From Lingula anatina (Eukaryota > Animalia > Brachiopoda), in contig CM120641.1 of the NCBI GenBank assembly GCA_051362555.1, forward strand, positions 12,896,001-12,960,000: DNA of 64,000 nucleotides. The letters run 5' to 3'. Of the stretch, positions 12,601-25,188 are shown one piece after another (position 1 is the first letter of the stretch; each line of letters opens with the position of its first letter). Position numbers and translations under genes: made by a program. The notes below the pieces were generated by a model, which had not been told where the DNA came from, did not search any database, and saw only the letters and a program-made list of their open reading frames with translations.

Positions 12601-15600
12601 GTGTCATGTAAATAAAGGTGCAGTCTGAACAAAGGTTAGGCATGATGTATTGACTTACCTGTTGGTAACAAGTGCATCAGGGGTTTATATAAGAAATAAC
12701 TGGTATAGAGTAACTTTGGCCCTAGTATTAATTTTATTTTTTTATTTATTTATTAATTTAGTTATTTTCAAAAAGAAAAATAAAGCTCTTGCTATTGCTT
12801 TGGGGTTTTTATCCAATATTTTCTCCACAGTGTTCAGCTTAGTCTCCTGTCTATTAAATAGAATGAGAGGAAGGGATGTTCTGGATGTGATAAAGTGAAT
12901 CAAGCAAATTTAACATTGAAGTAATAGATAAATCGTGTCATTGAGTCAACAGTGTGGTAATGACTGCAAAAAGCATTTATATTATCAGTAAAATATATTT
13001 CATTGACCTGCTGAGTTTTTCCTACCTGTGACTTGTCAGTATGCAGTGTGCTGATAAATATTACAGACAGGGATATTGATTTTGGTCCTCTTTCCTTGAT
13101 TAAGTGCAATGGTTTGATCACACTAGGTCCTATTCACACCTGACATCATTTAGGTCAGTTCCTAACTATCTGAATGATATTTTAAAACATCTGAATCCAG
13201 AAGTTTGGTTAGGGGCTGTTTTCACAAAATAAGAATCATAGCCTGAAAGATATAATTCCATAGTGGTCTATTGAAATAAAGTATTGGTCTAAAACTAAAG
13301 CCATTCATTTCCCGTAATAAAATGGGTACAATTTTCAATTTAATGAGACCACTGTTTTATTTTGTCCACAAGTGACTGAAACTTTGGTTTATGAATTTAT
13401 TTTTGGGTTATAACTTACTTTTGTGAAACTTTCCCCCTTTTATTGATTATCAATAAATTGAAATTAACTCCAAAAACCATTGCTAGTTGCAAGTGTAACA
13501 TTAAATCATTGCCTATGTGAACGTGACCCTTGGGTCCCGTCCAGAACTTGTGATGCTTTAGTGAGAGAGAGCAATGGGAAAATTCCTTATGGCCACTTCT
13601 GTGTTAAGAGCCATTATGAGATCAAGCTGAAGTATGAAGTGCAATAGAATAGATTAGATGTGGTGTGAGCATAGTCTGCGGAAGACGCTCTTATCTCGTC
13701 TCTAGATCTGTGGTCATCCCCAGTGGTCACTTCCAGCCCACCTTTTCACATATATTGTGTGATGTATTATATGTATTATTTAGCACAGTCTTGTGTGGAC
13801 TATGTAAGGATCTGTGTATTATGTGTGCTTTGCTATATGTATGTATTGCTCTAATTATATACTTCTGGGACTGTCATTTGTAGATCTACAGACTTTGAAG
13901 ATGGATAAGACAACTATAATGGGCTTTATGTTTTCATTTTAAACAGCTTTTCTTTTCATCAACTATCAATGTTTGAAAATATAAGCATTTATTATATTGT
14001 ATTTTATGAATATAGTATGAATTATATTGTTAAAGAGTAACATGAAACTGATTATTATAGAGATAATTATTGGGATTCATATTTAATGAAAGACATTTTT
14101 TTTCCTGATTGATTATTGTGATTCATATTTAATAAAGAACTTTTTGTTATTGGTTTTAACTATTCATGACAAGATGTTGTCATTAGATAACTGCCTTGTG
14201 ACATGGTGTTATGATTCAATGTAAATAAGACATAGTATAATTTTTTGAAGACTCATGAAAAGCATATTGTTCAAGTTCTCATTTATTTAAAAGAAAATTA
14301 AAGAATTGTTTTTACAGTTTCTCAGCTTGTTGGTATTGTTTTCTTCAGGGCCTGATAGTAGACCAAACCATAGAGAAGGTGTCTTTCTGTGCACCAGATC
14401 GAAACCATGAGAAAGGCTTTGCATACATATGCCGCGATGGCACAACACGACGTTGGATGTGTCATGGTTTCCTGGCAGTCAAAGAGTCTGTAAGTAGCAC
14501 AGAAACTTGGGTTACTTTGTCTGTATGTATAGATGATAACAGGCCTATAGATGTTAGAGTAAATCGTGATTCCACCTTTAACATAAACCTATAGATGTAT
14601 CAGGCTTGATCTGGTGGCAGCTCTAGCGCTGGTTGATGGCCCTGGAGCACAGTTAAGACCACCCAAGACAGCCTGTAAATGTCCATTGACAAGATAAATG
14701 TATCTATCAGCAGCAGGTAGTGATTTTTGGCATCCCAGAAAGCAAGGTAGACCTATGCTGGCATAGCACATTTTGCCAAAGATGATTTATTTTGGCTGAA
14801 AAAAGTGAGAATTGACCTTTCTGTATCATTTTTACATGGCTTTGGTGTAAGTTTTACATCATATGACTGAAGTAAAATTCATGTAACATGGATCCTGTGT
14901 GAGGTATTCTATGTGATAATTTGGTCATATAATTTGGTTGGATTCCATACTCGCTATTTTTGTCAGAAAGCTGCCTCAACTTCTGTCACAGAGTCCTGAA
15001 TTTCTGCTCTGTTCATCTGTCAAAGAACCGATTCTTTTTGCAGGGAGAGCGCCTCAGTCATGCCGTGGGTTGTGCATTTGCCATCTGCTTGGAAAGGAAA
15101 CAGAAGAGAGACAAAGATTCTGGTGTGAACCTCAGCGACAGCGCTAGCAATGGTGTCACTGTGACATTCAACAAAGATAAGACATGTTTTGCTCGACAGG
15201 GCTCCTTCCGGCAGACGACACTTACTGAGAGGATGGTGGACCCCCAATCTGCCATATTGCCAGGTAGACTTTGCGTTTGAGAGTAGAGAGGCTGCCAGTT
15301 AGATTAACAAAATGGAAAAGCTAAGATGTGAAATCTCAATGGTTATGTCTGTGTGTTATTTTGCTGGTATTGGATATTTATTTATGTATTCATGAGTTTT
15401 GCTGTCAACATTTGGTTTATAATACAACAGAATCATATTCCTGTAGGTTGAAAATTTCATTTTATTGACATATGTACTTTGATTATTACTCCATGTACAA
15501 ATTGTAAAAACTGACAGTGAAATAGACATCTGTAAATAAGATATTTATACACTTGGAGGAAAGGTATATGCAAAAAAGTTTTAGATGCAGTAGTCCAGTA

Positions 15601-17561
15601 ATAAATTGACATGTCTAATAAAAAATATTTATTTTATTTTATTTTATTTTATTTTATTTTTTGCCCCGTTAAAGACTCATTCATTTGTGTTAGGCTTAAC
15701 ATTGTATAAGGAATATCCATGCCAGCAGCGGCCATGGATGCTCACCTAAAGCATGGATGACTTGGTCGGGCTATAACAACAGCAACAACAAGTAATAGTG
15801 ATATTTTTTCTATTTTAGAACCTGTCCCAGCCAAGGCTATAGAGAACCCCCATGCTGTAACCAGGCCCCATGCCACTCCTGATATGTTGATACGACAGGG
15901 CTCCTTCAGGGGCTTCTCCAAGCTGAATCAGTCCTCGCCCTTTAAAAGACAGCTATCTCTACGCTTAAATGAACTGCCGTCAAATTTAGAACGTCACAGA
16001 GCCCTCTCTGTGGATTCTTCTGGCATGACAGAACAAGCTAATGGACCAGGTAGAGTGAATACTAGTGACCTATTGCAGAGACTGTAGATGTTAATGTTTG
16101 TAAACAAGACTTTTAGTCAATTATACAATGCAAACTTTGAGTATGATTTTATTGAAAGATGCCAGTTTGCAAGAGTGTTAGCAAAAACAAAGGGCAGTAA
16201 TGCCTGATATACATCCAATTAGATAAGCTGTCAAGAGGATTGTTATTAGTGAAATGGGTTCCGTCTTTGAGCTGTATATGCCAATCATCACAAAAATGAG
16301 GAAGCACATTAAGGATTGTCTTCCTTTTGTTTTATCATAATTGCTGGGTTGAACCAGTATGGAAGATGTTTGAGTTTTAATATAATGAACCACATAATAT
16401 GAAAATATACACCTGATTGTATCTCACAGGTGAAAGATTGTGCAGTTCATAAAGAGTTTCCTTATTTCAGAACAGTAATTGGCTAATGTCTGATACTGTT
16501 TAAGGTCACAACAGTGACAATCATTTTTTTTTCTAACCAGTATTATCATAATGATAGTGATAACTCATGGGATATTTTCCAGCAGCTCCAATCCCAGAAG
16601 TGTCTCCAGCCAAAGAGAATAATCCAGACTTTGCCATAGCGGCCATGTGCCAGCAGCTGACCCAGGGACTGACAGCACTGAACACAGAGGATCCATTTGC
16701 TGCCAATACAACATTTGAGTCGAATGCATTTACGCCTGCCAGTCCAGCCAATCAAGGTGAGGTTATAGGAAGAATAGGTATACGATTCAAGAACAAAATC
16801 ATTTCTGATATAAAACCCATAGCCTTACATTTTTATTATTTTGCCCATAGTTTAACGCAACAAGCAGGTTACTTAAAAATTCCAATAGCACAGCAAGATC
16901 TTGCTTTTATTTTCTATGAATATTAAATCTATACCTCGTGTGGCTCAAAATCCTGATTGTCCTCATTGCAGTTTTTACCACACAAGTCCAGAGTCATCAC
17001 CAACATCAGAGCCCTGTCCAGCCAGTGAGAGATGTGAACCCCTGGGACACCAGCGCTGGAAGCGACTCCTTCTGGCACCCCTCACCATCCCAACCTGTAC
17101 ATCAACCACAGCTACCTGTCTTTAATGGGGCCAGCCATGGACTTTTCCAACAACAACAACAACAGTCTTTTCATCAGGCTCCACATGGAGGGAGTTTACG
17201 GCCCGCATTAGGCCACATGCGAAGTCATTCCATTGATACAGGAGAGCTGACAATGTGGAACCAACAGCCAACAAGGAAACCTACCCTGGCAGAGCTCTCA
17301 CGCCAACACACCATACAAAACGGGACTATGAATACCACGTGGAGTGCCACATCGTCCTCCACTGCAGCATCTGGCAGCCATCCGTGGCAGACCAGTTCTT
17401 CTGTGACCACTAGTTCTGGGTACAGTTCACAACACCAGGCTTTTGATCCATTTGATGCTGCCTGGGCTGCCAAGTCTGTAAAAGGGAACAAATCGCCGAC
17501 TAATCCATTTAAAACTAACCAGTCTGACAATGTACAGGCTTCATTTGAAGTGAAGTTATAA
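3674..17561 (+). CDS. numb: Numb (PTB-domain endocytic adaptor / Notch antagonist), multi-exon. Coding exons: 3674-3802, 8058-8132, [9347-9424 OR 9803-9952], 14349-14489, 15044-15263, 15819-16049, 16583-16756, 16972-17561
   Basis: Spliced translation: [43 protein letters not shown]|[25 protein letters not shown]|...|[47 protein letters not shown]|[12 protein letters not shown] (Numb PTB). NumbF region [24 protein letters not shown]-terminal DPF and NPF motifs, ending FEVKL*. All junctions are GT-AG with consistent phases. Confidence 0.97.
4459..4708. mobile_element. MITE-like palindromic element, family 1 copy 1 (opposite orientation to copies 2 and 3)
   Basis: Terminal inverted repeats CATTCCCATAGA...TCTGTGGGAATG; internal hairpin aatgtctgtcacaccta/taggcgtgacagacatt. 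Shares 'gatcgacctaactccctgggggttcacgctaaattgctgtcag' in reverse complement with 5410-5626. Confidence 0.8.
5410..5626. mobile_element. MITE-like element, family 1 copy 2
   Basis: TA-AGACTGCATTCCCATAGATTT ... AAATCTGTGGGAATGGGGTCT-TA: inverted termini flanked by TA. Confidence 0.82.
5653..5876. mobile_element. MITE-like element with related termini but a different interior
   Basis: Starts aggccccattcccacaga and ends aaaatggggtct. Internal inverted arms gactcttgc/gcaagagtc. Interior is the reverse complement of part of 5280-5408 (ctcttcttgtttccaaca / tgttggaaacaagaagag). Confidence 0.6.
5878..6094. mobile_element. MITE-like element, family 1 copy 3
   Basis: Colinear with 5410-5626 (gatcgacctaactccctgggggttcacgctaaat.gctgtcagccg ... 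ctgacagtaatctagtgag ... gatagatcgatctaaaa); termini more degenerate. Confidence 0.8.
9347..9424 (+). CDS. numb: Numb PTB exon variant A ([26 protein letters not shown])
   Basis: Acceptor ttttcttcccttacag, donor AAG|gtatgt, 78 nt, phase 0/0. Matches the canonical Numb 'AVLWVSADGLRVVDEKTK' segment. Confidence 0.93.
9803..9952 (+). CDS. numb: Numb PTB exon variant B ([50 protein letters not shown]), putative mutually exclusive alternative exon
   Basis: Acceptor tatttcag, donor AAG|gtaaca, 150 nt, phase 0/0, open frame. Core [16 protein letters not shown] is paralogous to [16 protein letters not shown] of exon A. Confidence 0.88.
11009..11261. mobile_element. MITE-like inverted-repeat element
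   Basis: taatggctcgatcatttcaaccgagaaaaatt ... aattttctggttggaatgatccagccatta, imperfect inverted termini. Confidence 0.6.
11311..11574. mobile_element. Foldback/MITE-like palindromic element
   Basis: Termini gcattcagaaca...tgttctgaatgc with nested arms aaatatggc/gccatattt, ctccctgc/gcagggag and cacatgccatt/aatggcacatgtg. A related half-copy lies near 4750-4845. Confidence 0.7.
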
Positions 17562-20500
17562 AAACCCTCGAACAAGAAAAAGTTATAGGAAATTTTGTAT
17601 TATACATTGTAGTATTTTTTGATGACTATTGACTGGGGGCTAGATCATGATATTGAAGTTTGTCTGTGTTGCTAGAATTTGAAGCTGTTATGTTGTGAAT
17701 ATGCTGGAGAAATGTAGAATTCATACTGTGGGGTACTGCTTCAATCTAGTACAAGAAAGGTCAAAGCTTGCTTTATTTTTTACTCTTTTTATATTTGGCT
17801 ATTGTCAGTCCAAAGTCCTTTTCCCTTGGTTTCTGGTCACCATCAGCTGTCTGTACATACAAGTATGTAATGGGTGGTTGGGTTCTAGATTGCTATACTG
17901 GAGTGAATGGCTTTCTTTGCATATCAGACTAACCACCAAAAACTGTACATATCAGTTTTGAAAAACTTAAGTAGTTCATACAAAAATATCTTTATTTTAT
18001 TACATAACAGCATCAGCCGTACATTTTTGCATGTTTGTGTGTAAAACTGCAGTGGAAGTTGAAGACCTGTTTTTCACATGATTTAGGCCTTTGGGGATGA
18101 GAATTCATTTAAAGGGCAGTGAAATGGGATTAATTCAAGGGTGACTTTTTAATGTGGCAGAACTGCTGTACTGAACCAAGTGGATGTCCAATAGATATGA
18201 AAATGATATGCCTGATGTAAGATAGGTTGTTGTTTTCACCCTGGTTTTTAAAACATTCGGTATGTTTCAACAGAAGGTCACCTAATTACTGAAGGACAGG
18301 CAGGAGGGAAACATTTGCTGTTCTTGTGTGTTTGTCTTGAAGAAGAGATGTGGGTTTTTGTAATTTACTTGAGCTGAACAAGTTGTTAGTCCTTTTATTT
18401 ACTGACATTTTTGCTGATATTTTTAAGGAAAAGCTGATAATGAATTTTATTGAGGAACATTAATCACCGATAAGGTGACCGATATTTAACTTCATTCATT
18501 ATAGTGATATATTGGAGGTCGGTTAGCTTGAACTAATAAAAACATGATATAGATTCGGGTAATTAGTACCTCAAGAATGCATAAACATTGTATGGATGTT
18601 TGAAGAAGTACTGTGTCTTAGCATATATAATAATGATTGTATGACTTTACTGTTAAATGCCCCCTACCATCCTAACAATTGTGATTACAGAATGGGAAAG
18701 GCAGGTGAATTTTTAAGTTCATAAATGCATAATTTCAGTTACTATAACATAAAACTATATTAATGTGCATCATGTCAGATCAATACCAGGTGCACTGGTG
18801 TGTGAATTGATATTTATACATTATATGTTTGATGTTATATCTTGGTGCCAGATTATCTGATTAAGTTGATTGATTGCAGAAAAAGAAAAAAAAAGACTGT
18901 GAAACATAAAAAGATTCAGGGTGAATAGTAATCAGTGAAGAAAAATGAATGTTTTCAGTTTTTGTGCAGTTGTTAAATGCAAGACCTGAATTTGCATATG
19001 TTGAGAAAATCTATTTTCATTAAGCTTTAGTATTACACAGCTTCAATAATACATGTATACTTACACTTTTATTTTATTTTATAACGAGTCACCTATCATA
19101 TAACCTACCTTATAATTTTATTTAGCTTGTTTTTATTAGCCATATCTAAGAGGCGCAGAAACCTAGGAGGATGCCTTGTGATTTTAATTGCAATAGCAAG
19201 CCAGTTGTTTTGATGTGGTTTTATGGCAACTGCATTAATATCAGTGGTTCTTCAGAAACAACACAGTAGTTCTTACCTTACACATTCCTTCCAAGTTTGA
19301 CTGTGGTGTCCAATGAGTTTCCATATCATAGTTTTGTCTCCTGGCAATTTGCACATGAGCATAAAATGTTTTAAGATGTATTTTGTAGGGTAAATTTGGA
19401 ATAATACAACACGCAGGTTTTTGTGTGGAAAGCCCACAATATCCGTAATACACGCATCACAATTCAAATGTCTGTGGATTCTGTTATTAAGGTTGACAAA
19501 GAATCAAAAGGTAGTATTACAGGAATTTTTACAACATGGGTTCTTGTTATTTATAAAGAGATAATTTAAAGATACTTATGCTTTGAATGCCTGGACAAGA
19601 TTGAATTTTTCATCTAGCTTGTAGATATTTACTAGTTATATTCTAAATTTAGTTATGTATGTATTATTAATAGTAATATATAATATGTTGACTACTTGAA
19701 ATACACCTTGTAAAAAGTATTGCACTGGTTGTTAGGACAAATTCAGAATCTGGCGGTACTGTTGAACTTGTACATTTTGTACCTACACCAGTCTTTTTAA
19801 ATAAAATAAGTCATGGCTCTATTTTGTTTTTTATGGTTTTTATTATATACATACACTGTATGTTCTTGTAATTGTTCTGATTGCTGTGTTTGTCTGTGTT
19901 GTCTTTGGAACTGATGCTGTCCAAAACATCTATTGTTCTTTGTAGAGAGTCTTTGGGATCATTCAGAATAGAACATCCGAGTATCAACTGATCCAAGGAT
20001 CAAATATGGTGAAAGGAAGACCGCTTAATCCTGTAATGCTCTCTCCGCCTCTCACACACACCCACATATGGTAAAATGGAGCTGAGATTTAATTACTGTG
20101 CCCCTGCAGGGACATTCTATTCTGAGTGGCCCCTCTGTTCTATAAAATGTCTTGAGCACATCCACTGGCATTATCATCTAATAAGAAAGTGGTGGTGCTT
20201 TTGAGTGCTGAAATTATGTAAAAGAGTTGTTTATATACAGAAATGCCTGGTGTTACTAAATTTTACTTAAATCATTTTCAAAAAGTTGCTCTCAAAGAAC
20301 TCAAATGATAGTTTGGAAAGTATGCTTTTGGACATAAGGTAAGTTTTAGTTACTGAAAATTTTTTAGGTAGTAATCAGCTCTTAAACTGCCATGTTCTGA
20401 AGGACTGATTAGAAATCAGGGTTGTCCCTGGCTGTAGTATGTTTCGACAGACACTAGAGTTTTTGTCTTGATCCCAAATTCCTTGTGTCATTTGTAACAG

Positions 20501-21424
20501 ATATGCCTCGGGTCGGTGATATCTTGTACACACAAGTGCAAAGCAGCGGTAGACATCATGTGCAACTTGCTGACAAGAGGTATATCTTTGGTATCTGTTG
20601 AGAACAAAATACCCAGGTATAGCTTCTCTCAAGCCTTTATGTCTGTATGCGGGATACATCAATGTTTGGATCTTTTGTTTTCAACATACATCATGGTAAA
20701 TATTAATTTTGATCACTATCAATCAGTTTTCAGCATACTGGGTATCAGTTTTTGTGCATCACAACAATTGAGCAGTCATACTGTGAAACAGATTTATTTA
20801 CAATGATGGTCACTTTTTACATATATTATGTACATATAAATATATATACATTAAATGCCAGAAATGTATTTAAGACTGTCAAAATTCATTTACAGATGGG
20901 GTTTTAACTGGCATTTTCATGATGGCAGCAATCTTACCACACATAGGGAAGATATTCCTCCGAATATTTACAATTAACTCCAACTAGGACTCCTTTTCAC
21001 CAATGTAAACAAGGTCAGGATTGTTAGTCAATGTCTTACAGTCCATGCAAATTCATAAGACCTCTGATGCTGCAAATACCAACTTAACTAAATTACTAAT
21101 ATTTTAAATTTCATTCCCGAATCCTCAATATTCAAAATCCTAAAGAGGCATGTAATGTTCCTTGTTAACTCCCACCCTTCCCACCTGTAATCAAATATTT
21201 CTCTGACATGATCAAAATGGACAGTGCCAAAAGGCTGAACTAAATGGATTTCTGTATGTCCATGCTAAATGATATGGATTATTATTGATATCAAACAGTT
21301 TACTATATGGTTCATTCCTTTATTCCACTGCAGCACCAAATATAATACAAAGAGTTTGCAGATTGTTGTTTTCTCTGTCCTCAGTCTAAGTTGAAAGGTA
21401 TCCCATATTCCTACTCCAGGCAAG

Positions 21425-24400
21425 TTATACTTGTCCTTGGGAATAAGTGTCATTTAGCTTCTCAAAGATGGGAATGGGTGGCACGAGAGTTTTCATAGGC
21501 TAAAAGAAAAATAAATATTTGGTAACAACTTGTCAACTTGTTACTGAAACACGTTTGCAATATAAACTTCGTCATTACACAAAGTTATAAATTACAGCCA
21601 GTGTTAGATCTTTTTACTATTCCTCATAACTCACCTGTTTAGAAATGTGTTTGTCAACTTGTTCCTCTACAAAATACTTGGTGCCATATGGTAGGTGGCC
21701 ATACTGTGAGGTGGTGTGCAGTAATGATTCATAAGGACGATGTCTCTTAGAGAAGGGTACAAATCTGTAAATAATTTAAACACAGTGAAACACTCCACAA
21801 AACAATGAATGTATTACAATGACAGTTATAACTCTATCAGTGAAACAAACTAAAAAGGATCTAAACTGTTAAAAAAAAGCAAATATTATATGATTATATA
21901 TAGACAAAGAGTAAAACTTTTATGAACACTTACAAGTTATCATTTATTCTCCCTATCCATTCATCCTGCTTCATTTTTTCTCTTGCCTTTTCTAGAGAAG
22001 TGAAATCTGTGGCTACTCTCAGGGAAGGCTGGAAAGGTTTGTAGCGCTGTTTCTGAACTGAACCTGGGTCTCGGAAAGGTCCCTAGAATTAAACCATAAG
22101 GTTGTCACTATCTTCTTCAAAAATAAAAATTTTACCAACATAAAAACATGATAATGGAAAATTTCTTTCCTGAAATCTAAGGATTGTTATATATGTTTTT
22201 TTTTCTAGTGCTTCACTTAATAACAACAAGAATTGTTGAAAGAATATTAGAAATAATACTGAATATCATTTTAATAGCACTCCCTTTGTATTAAATCTAT
22301 AATAAATATATTTTGTTTACAATTAAGAAAACTCACCTGTGGTTTCTCTCCAATAGGAGGTAAAGGTTTTGGACCCAAATGTGTATAACTTTTACATGTA
22401 GGGTCAAATGGTTCTTGTTTTGGCACAACTTTCTTGTGACTTCGTGGCCTGGCATTCTGCAAAATATACTCTCTTTCCTCTGGAAACCTATTGAGAATAA
22501 ATAAATACATATTAAAGACTACAATAAACCACATATATAAGCATCTTGGTTGACATAGTATTTTCTGTAGGATGCTTTTCTCCAACCTACTAATGGCATT
22601 CATAAATCATTTAAGTAAATTTTAACCAAATAACAATTCAAAGAGTTTTAAAATTTGGAATCAATTTTTAATAAAAATAAAACTATAAAACAAAAAATAC
22701 TCACGGATAAAAAGGTGAATTATAAATCCCTGGCATGACCTCAGTGCTTCGTAAGTAATGATTCTTGCTGGCCCACTCTTGTAGTCTCCTTCTCACTTCT
22801 TCCTCTGAGTGCTTCATTCTTTCAATGGCCTGTTGTTCTGCATACTCTGACAATTCTTGTCTGTCATGAAAAATAATTGGATTTTTGTTAAATGTTTTAG
22901 ATAACATCCTTTTTTAAAGTGCTGGTTTAATATTTTAACATTATTGCTCAAGTAAGATATAAAATGATGCAAGTAGAAACTGGGACAAAAAAAAGGAAAC
23001 AGAAGCATGGCTACCTTATGACTTGATTCTTTGTCTGCAATCCTTCAAGATATCTCTTTCTGCTGTAGTAGTTGAAGATATATTTTCTTGTATAATAGGC
23101 CCTCCAAATTTTCTGAATCTTAAAACAGAAGAAAGTCATCTTAATCTGCCTCATACTTAATATTCACTTAATAATTAAAAAGTACAAATTTAATTTTCTG
23201 GAACTTAAAAAAAGTTTTAAAAAAGTAACTATCATAACCAATTAAATCTAAAATACAGATCAATCGTCAAGAATATCAATGCAAATGAAAAGTACATTAT
23301 CTAAAATAATCATATTATCTTTCAAAACTCCTAGCTTTTTGTTTACCTTCACAGCCATCTCATTGTAATGATTCATCTTCATAATGAAAACTTTATTCTG
23401 CAAAAGAAAAATAAAATAAACCACACATTACTCAAGAAAATCACAAATAAAAAAAAAATCCAAAAATTTTGTTTAAATTAATTTTCTGACTATATTTAAA
23501 TTTCCTTTGAATCAGTATTGCAAAAAGAAAAAAAAAGTACATATATATTAAACAATTAAGAAAATTTTTCTCAATAAAATGTAAGGTATATTCCCATTTC
23601 TCTTCCAGTGATGTTGTAAAATATAAAATGAGTTATTTATTCAATTTATAATATTTTGATGACAACACCCACCTTAACATATACTCTGTAGTGTTTCCTT
23701 CCCAGAAATCCCCTCCATCGTTTTTGAATAACTATTGCACAGTCATTCAAATACCTAGATTCAATAAAATCAGAATATTGTAACACTTCAGAAAATCACT
23801 GCCCTTTTTTATTTTTTAATTAGTATGACCATCAAAATAATTTTTTCCTGTTATGTGTTGTTTCATGTTATAATTCAAATTACGTTTTCATCATTATCAT
23901 TCAAATAATATTAAACTTTTTTTATTTATTTCATTTCTTTTTTTCTATTTGCTAAACCAAAACCTAATCTCCTGTTGTTGTTTTTTTTTTTTTTAACTTC
24001 TGACATTATAAGTGATCATTTATGTTCATTTACCTTAAATATGCTCTTGCCTTTTGACCTCTGTACCATGCCTGGATTTTAATAATCGACTGAAACTCTT
24101 TTTGTCTTTCTTCTTCGGCTTTACTGCAAGACAAAAATCAACAATCTGAGAAATATTTTTTAAAATAAACTGGGTTTTCATGAAAACTTTATATCACAAA
24201 GTTTAGAGTCTGACAAAGAGGACATGTGGGGGCCTGTGTCAGAGGATCTCTGTATGTAACCAATAGTAAGTTACAGTGTATGAAATGTATATTGTACACA
24301 TTCCTATTACGGAAAAATTATTGTTTGGTGGACTGCACAGTAATGATGGAGTGTCTGTACACTTGTACACACTGGTTCTGCAATTTCGGTTTATTAATTG

Positions 24401-24860
24401 TTTTCTTTATTAATATTTGAAAACAAAACCAATATTAAACGATGAGGTTTAAAATTTTTTAGATGCACTCTGATGCTAGCTATGTATTAGAAGTATGGCT
24501 TTGAGTAACCAATGTAATTTAGCTACAGTACAATGATGAATATAATAAGAAATACAAATATAAACAGTTAAGGGTATCTTATATAGTTGTTTTACTGAGC
24601 AGAACTATTTTGTTGGGGTAGATATATAGATCAAGTTCTTGAACAAAATATTTTGACGTTACTGACAACGCCACAGGCCAAGTTCCAACATTCATTTTCA
24701 ATTAAATGAAAAACAAAATAAAATTTCCACTAAAACAGTTGCATACAGCACCAAGAAAATCTGACATTAATCTAGAAAAATAATTCACTCACTTGTTGTT
24801 ATCGTAGCAATCCTGTAAAATTGGATCCACTCTCTCCATCAATTTAATCATGGTCGCCAT
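21425..24860 (-). CDS. SPATA17: Spermatogenesis-associated protein 17 (IQ-motif protein). Exons (minus strand): 24793-24860, 24034-24123, 23673-23754, 23347-23397, 23015-23118, 22705-22860, 22337-22487, 21934-22082, 21635-21764, 21425-21499
   Basis: Spliced translation MATMIKLMERVDP...SIIKIQAWYRGQKARAYLRYLNDCAIVIQKRWRGFLGRKHY...MAVKIQKIWRAYYTRKYIFNYYSRKRYLE...HYLRSTEVMPGIYNSPF...KPQGPFRDP...QRYKPFQPSLRVAT. Three IQ motifs plus SPATA17-type signature segments; all phases consistent. Confidence 0.92.
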
Positions 24861-24893
24861 TTTGAAACACTATTTACCCCGGTGGTCTCTAAC

Positions 24894-24901
24894 TGACGTC
24901 A
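24894..24901. promoter_or_regulatory. Perfect palindromic CRE (TGACGTCA) in the SPATA17/CIMIP6 bidirectional promoter
   Basis: Exact consensus about 35 bp upstream of the SPATA17 ATG. Confidence 0.6.
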
Positions 24902-25067
24902 CACATGTACGGAAGGCATTTGATCAAAAATCATTTGTAATGAGATTTCTAATCTTTTGTCTTCATTTTGCCATGAATATTACCAGCCTCTGCAAACGAT
25001 GACAATAATTACACTGTACATCTTGTAAAAAGTACCAAAACTATATTCTTTTAATTGACCTTGACCT

Positions 25068-25081
25068 CTATCCATAGCAAC
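25068..25081. promoter_or_regulatory. RFX X-box-like site (CTATCCATAGCAAC)
   Basis: Strong CCATAGCAAC half-site between two divergent cilia/sperm genes; RFX control of ciliary genes is established. Confidence 0.55.
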
Positions 25082-25188
25082 CCCAAACAGTATGGCGGTA
25101 AAGGTACACATGTACACGCTATTCAAACAGTGATCGCGAAGCGGTCGTTTGTGTACCTGTAGTTACTAGTAGGAGCAGTAGATTAGAG

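Noticed and set aside
17225-17575. 116-aa antisense ORF, and similar antisense ORFs within the BTB-ZF large exons
   Set aside because: Shadow ORFs on the opposite strand of real coding exons.
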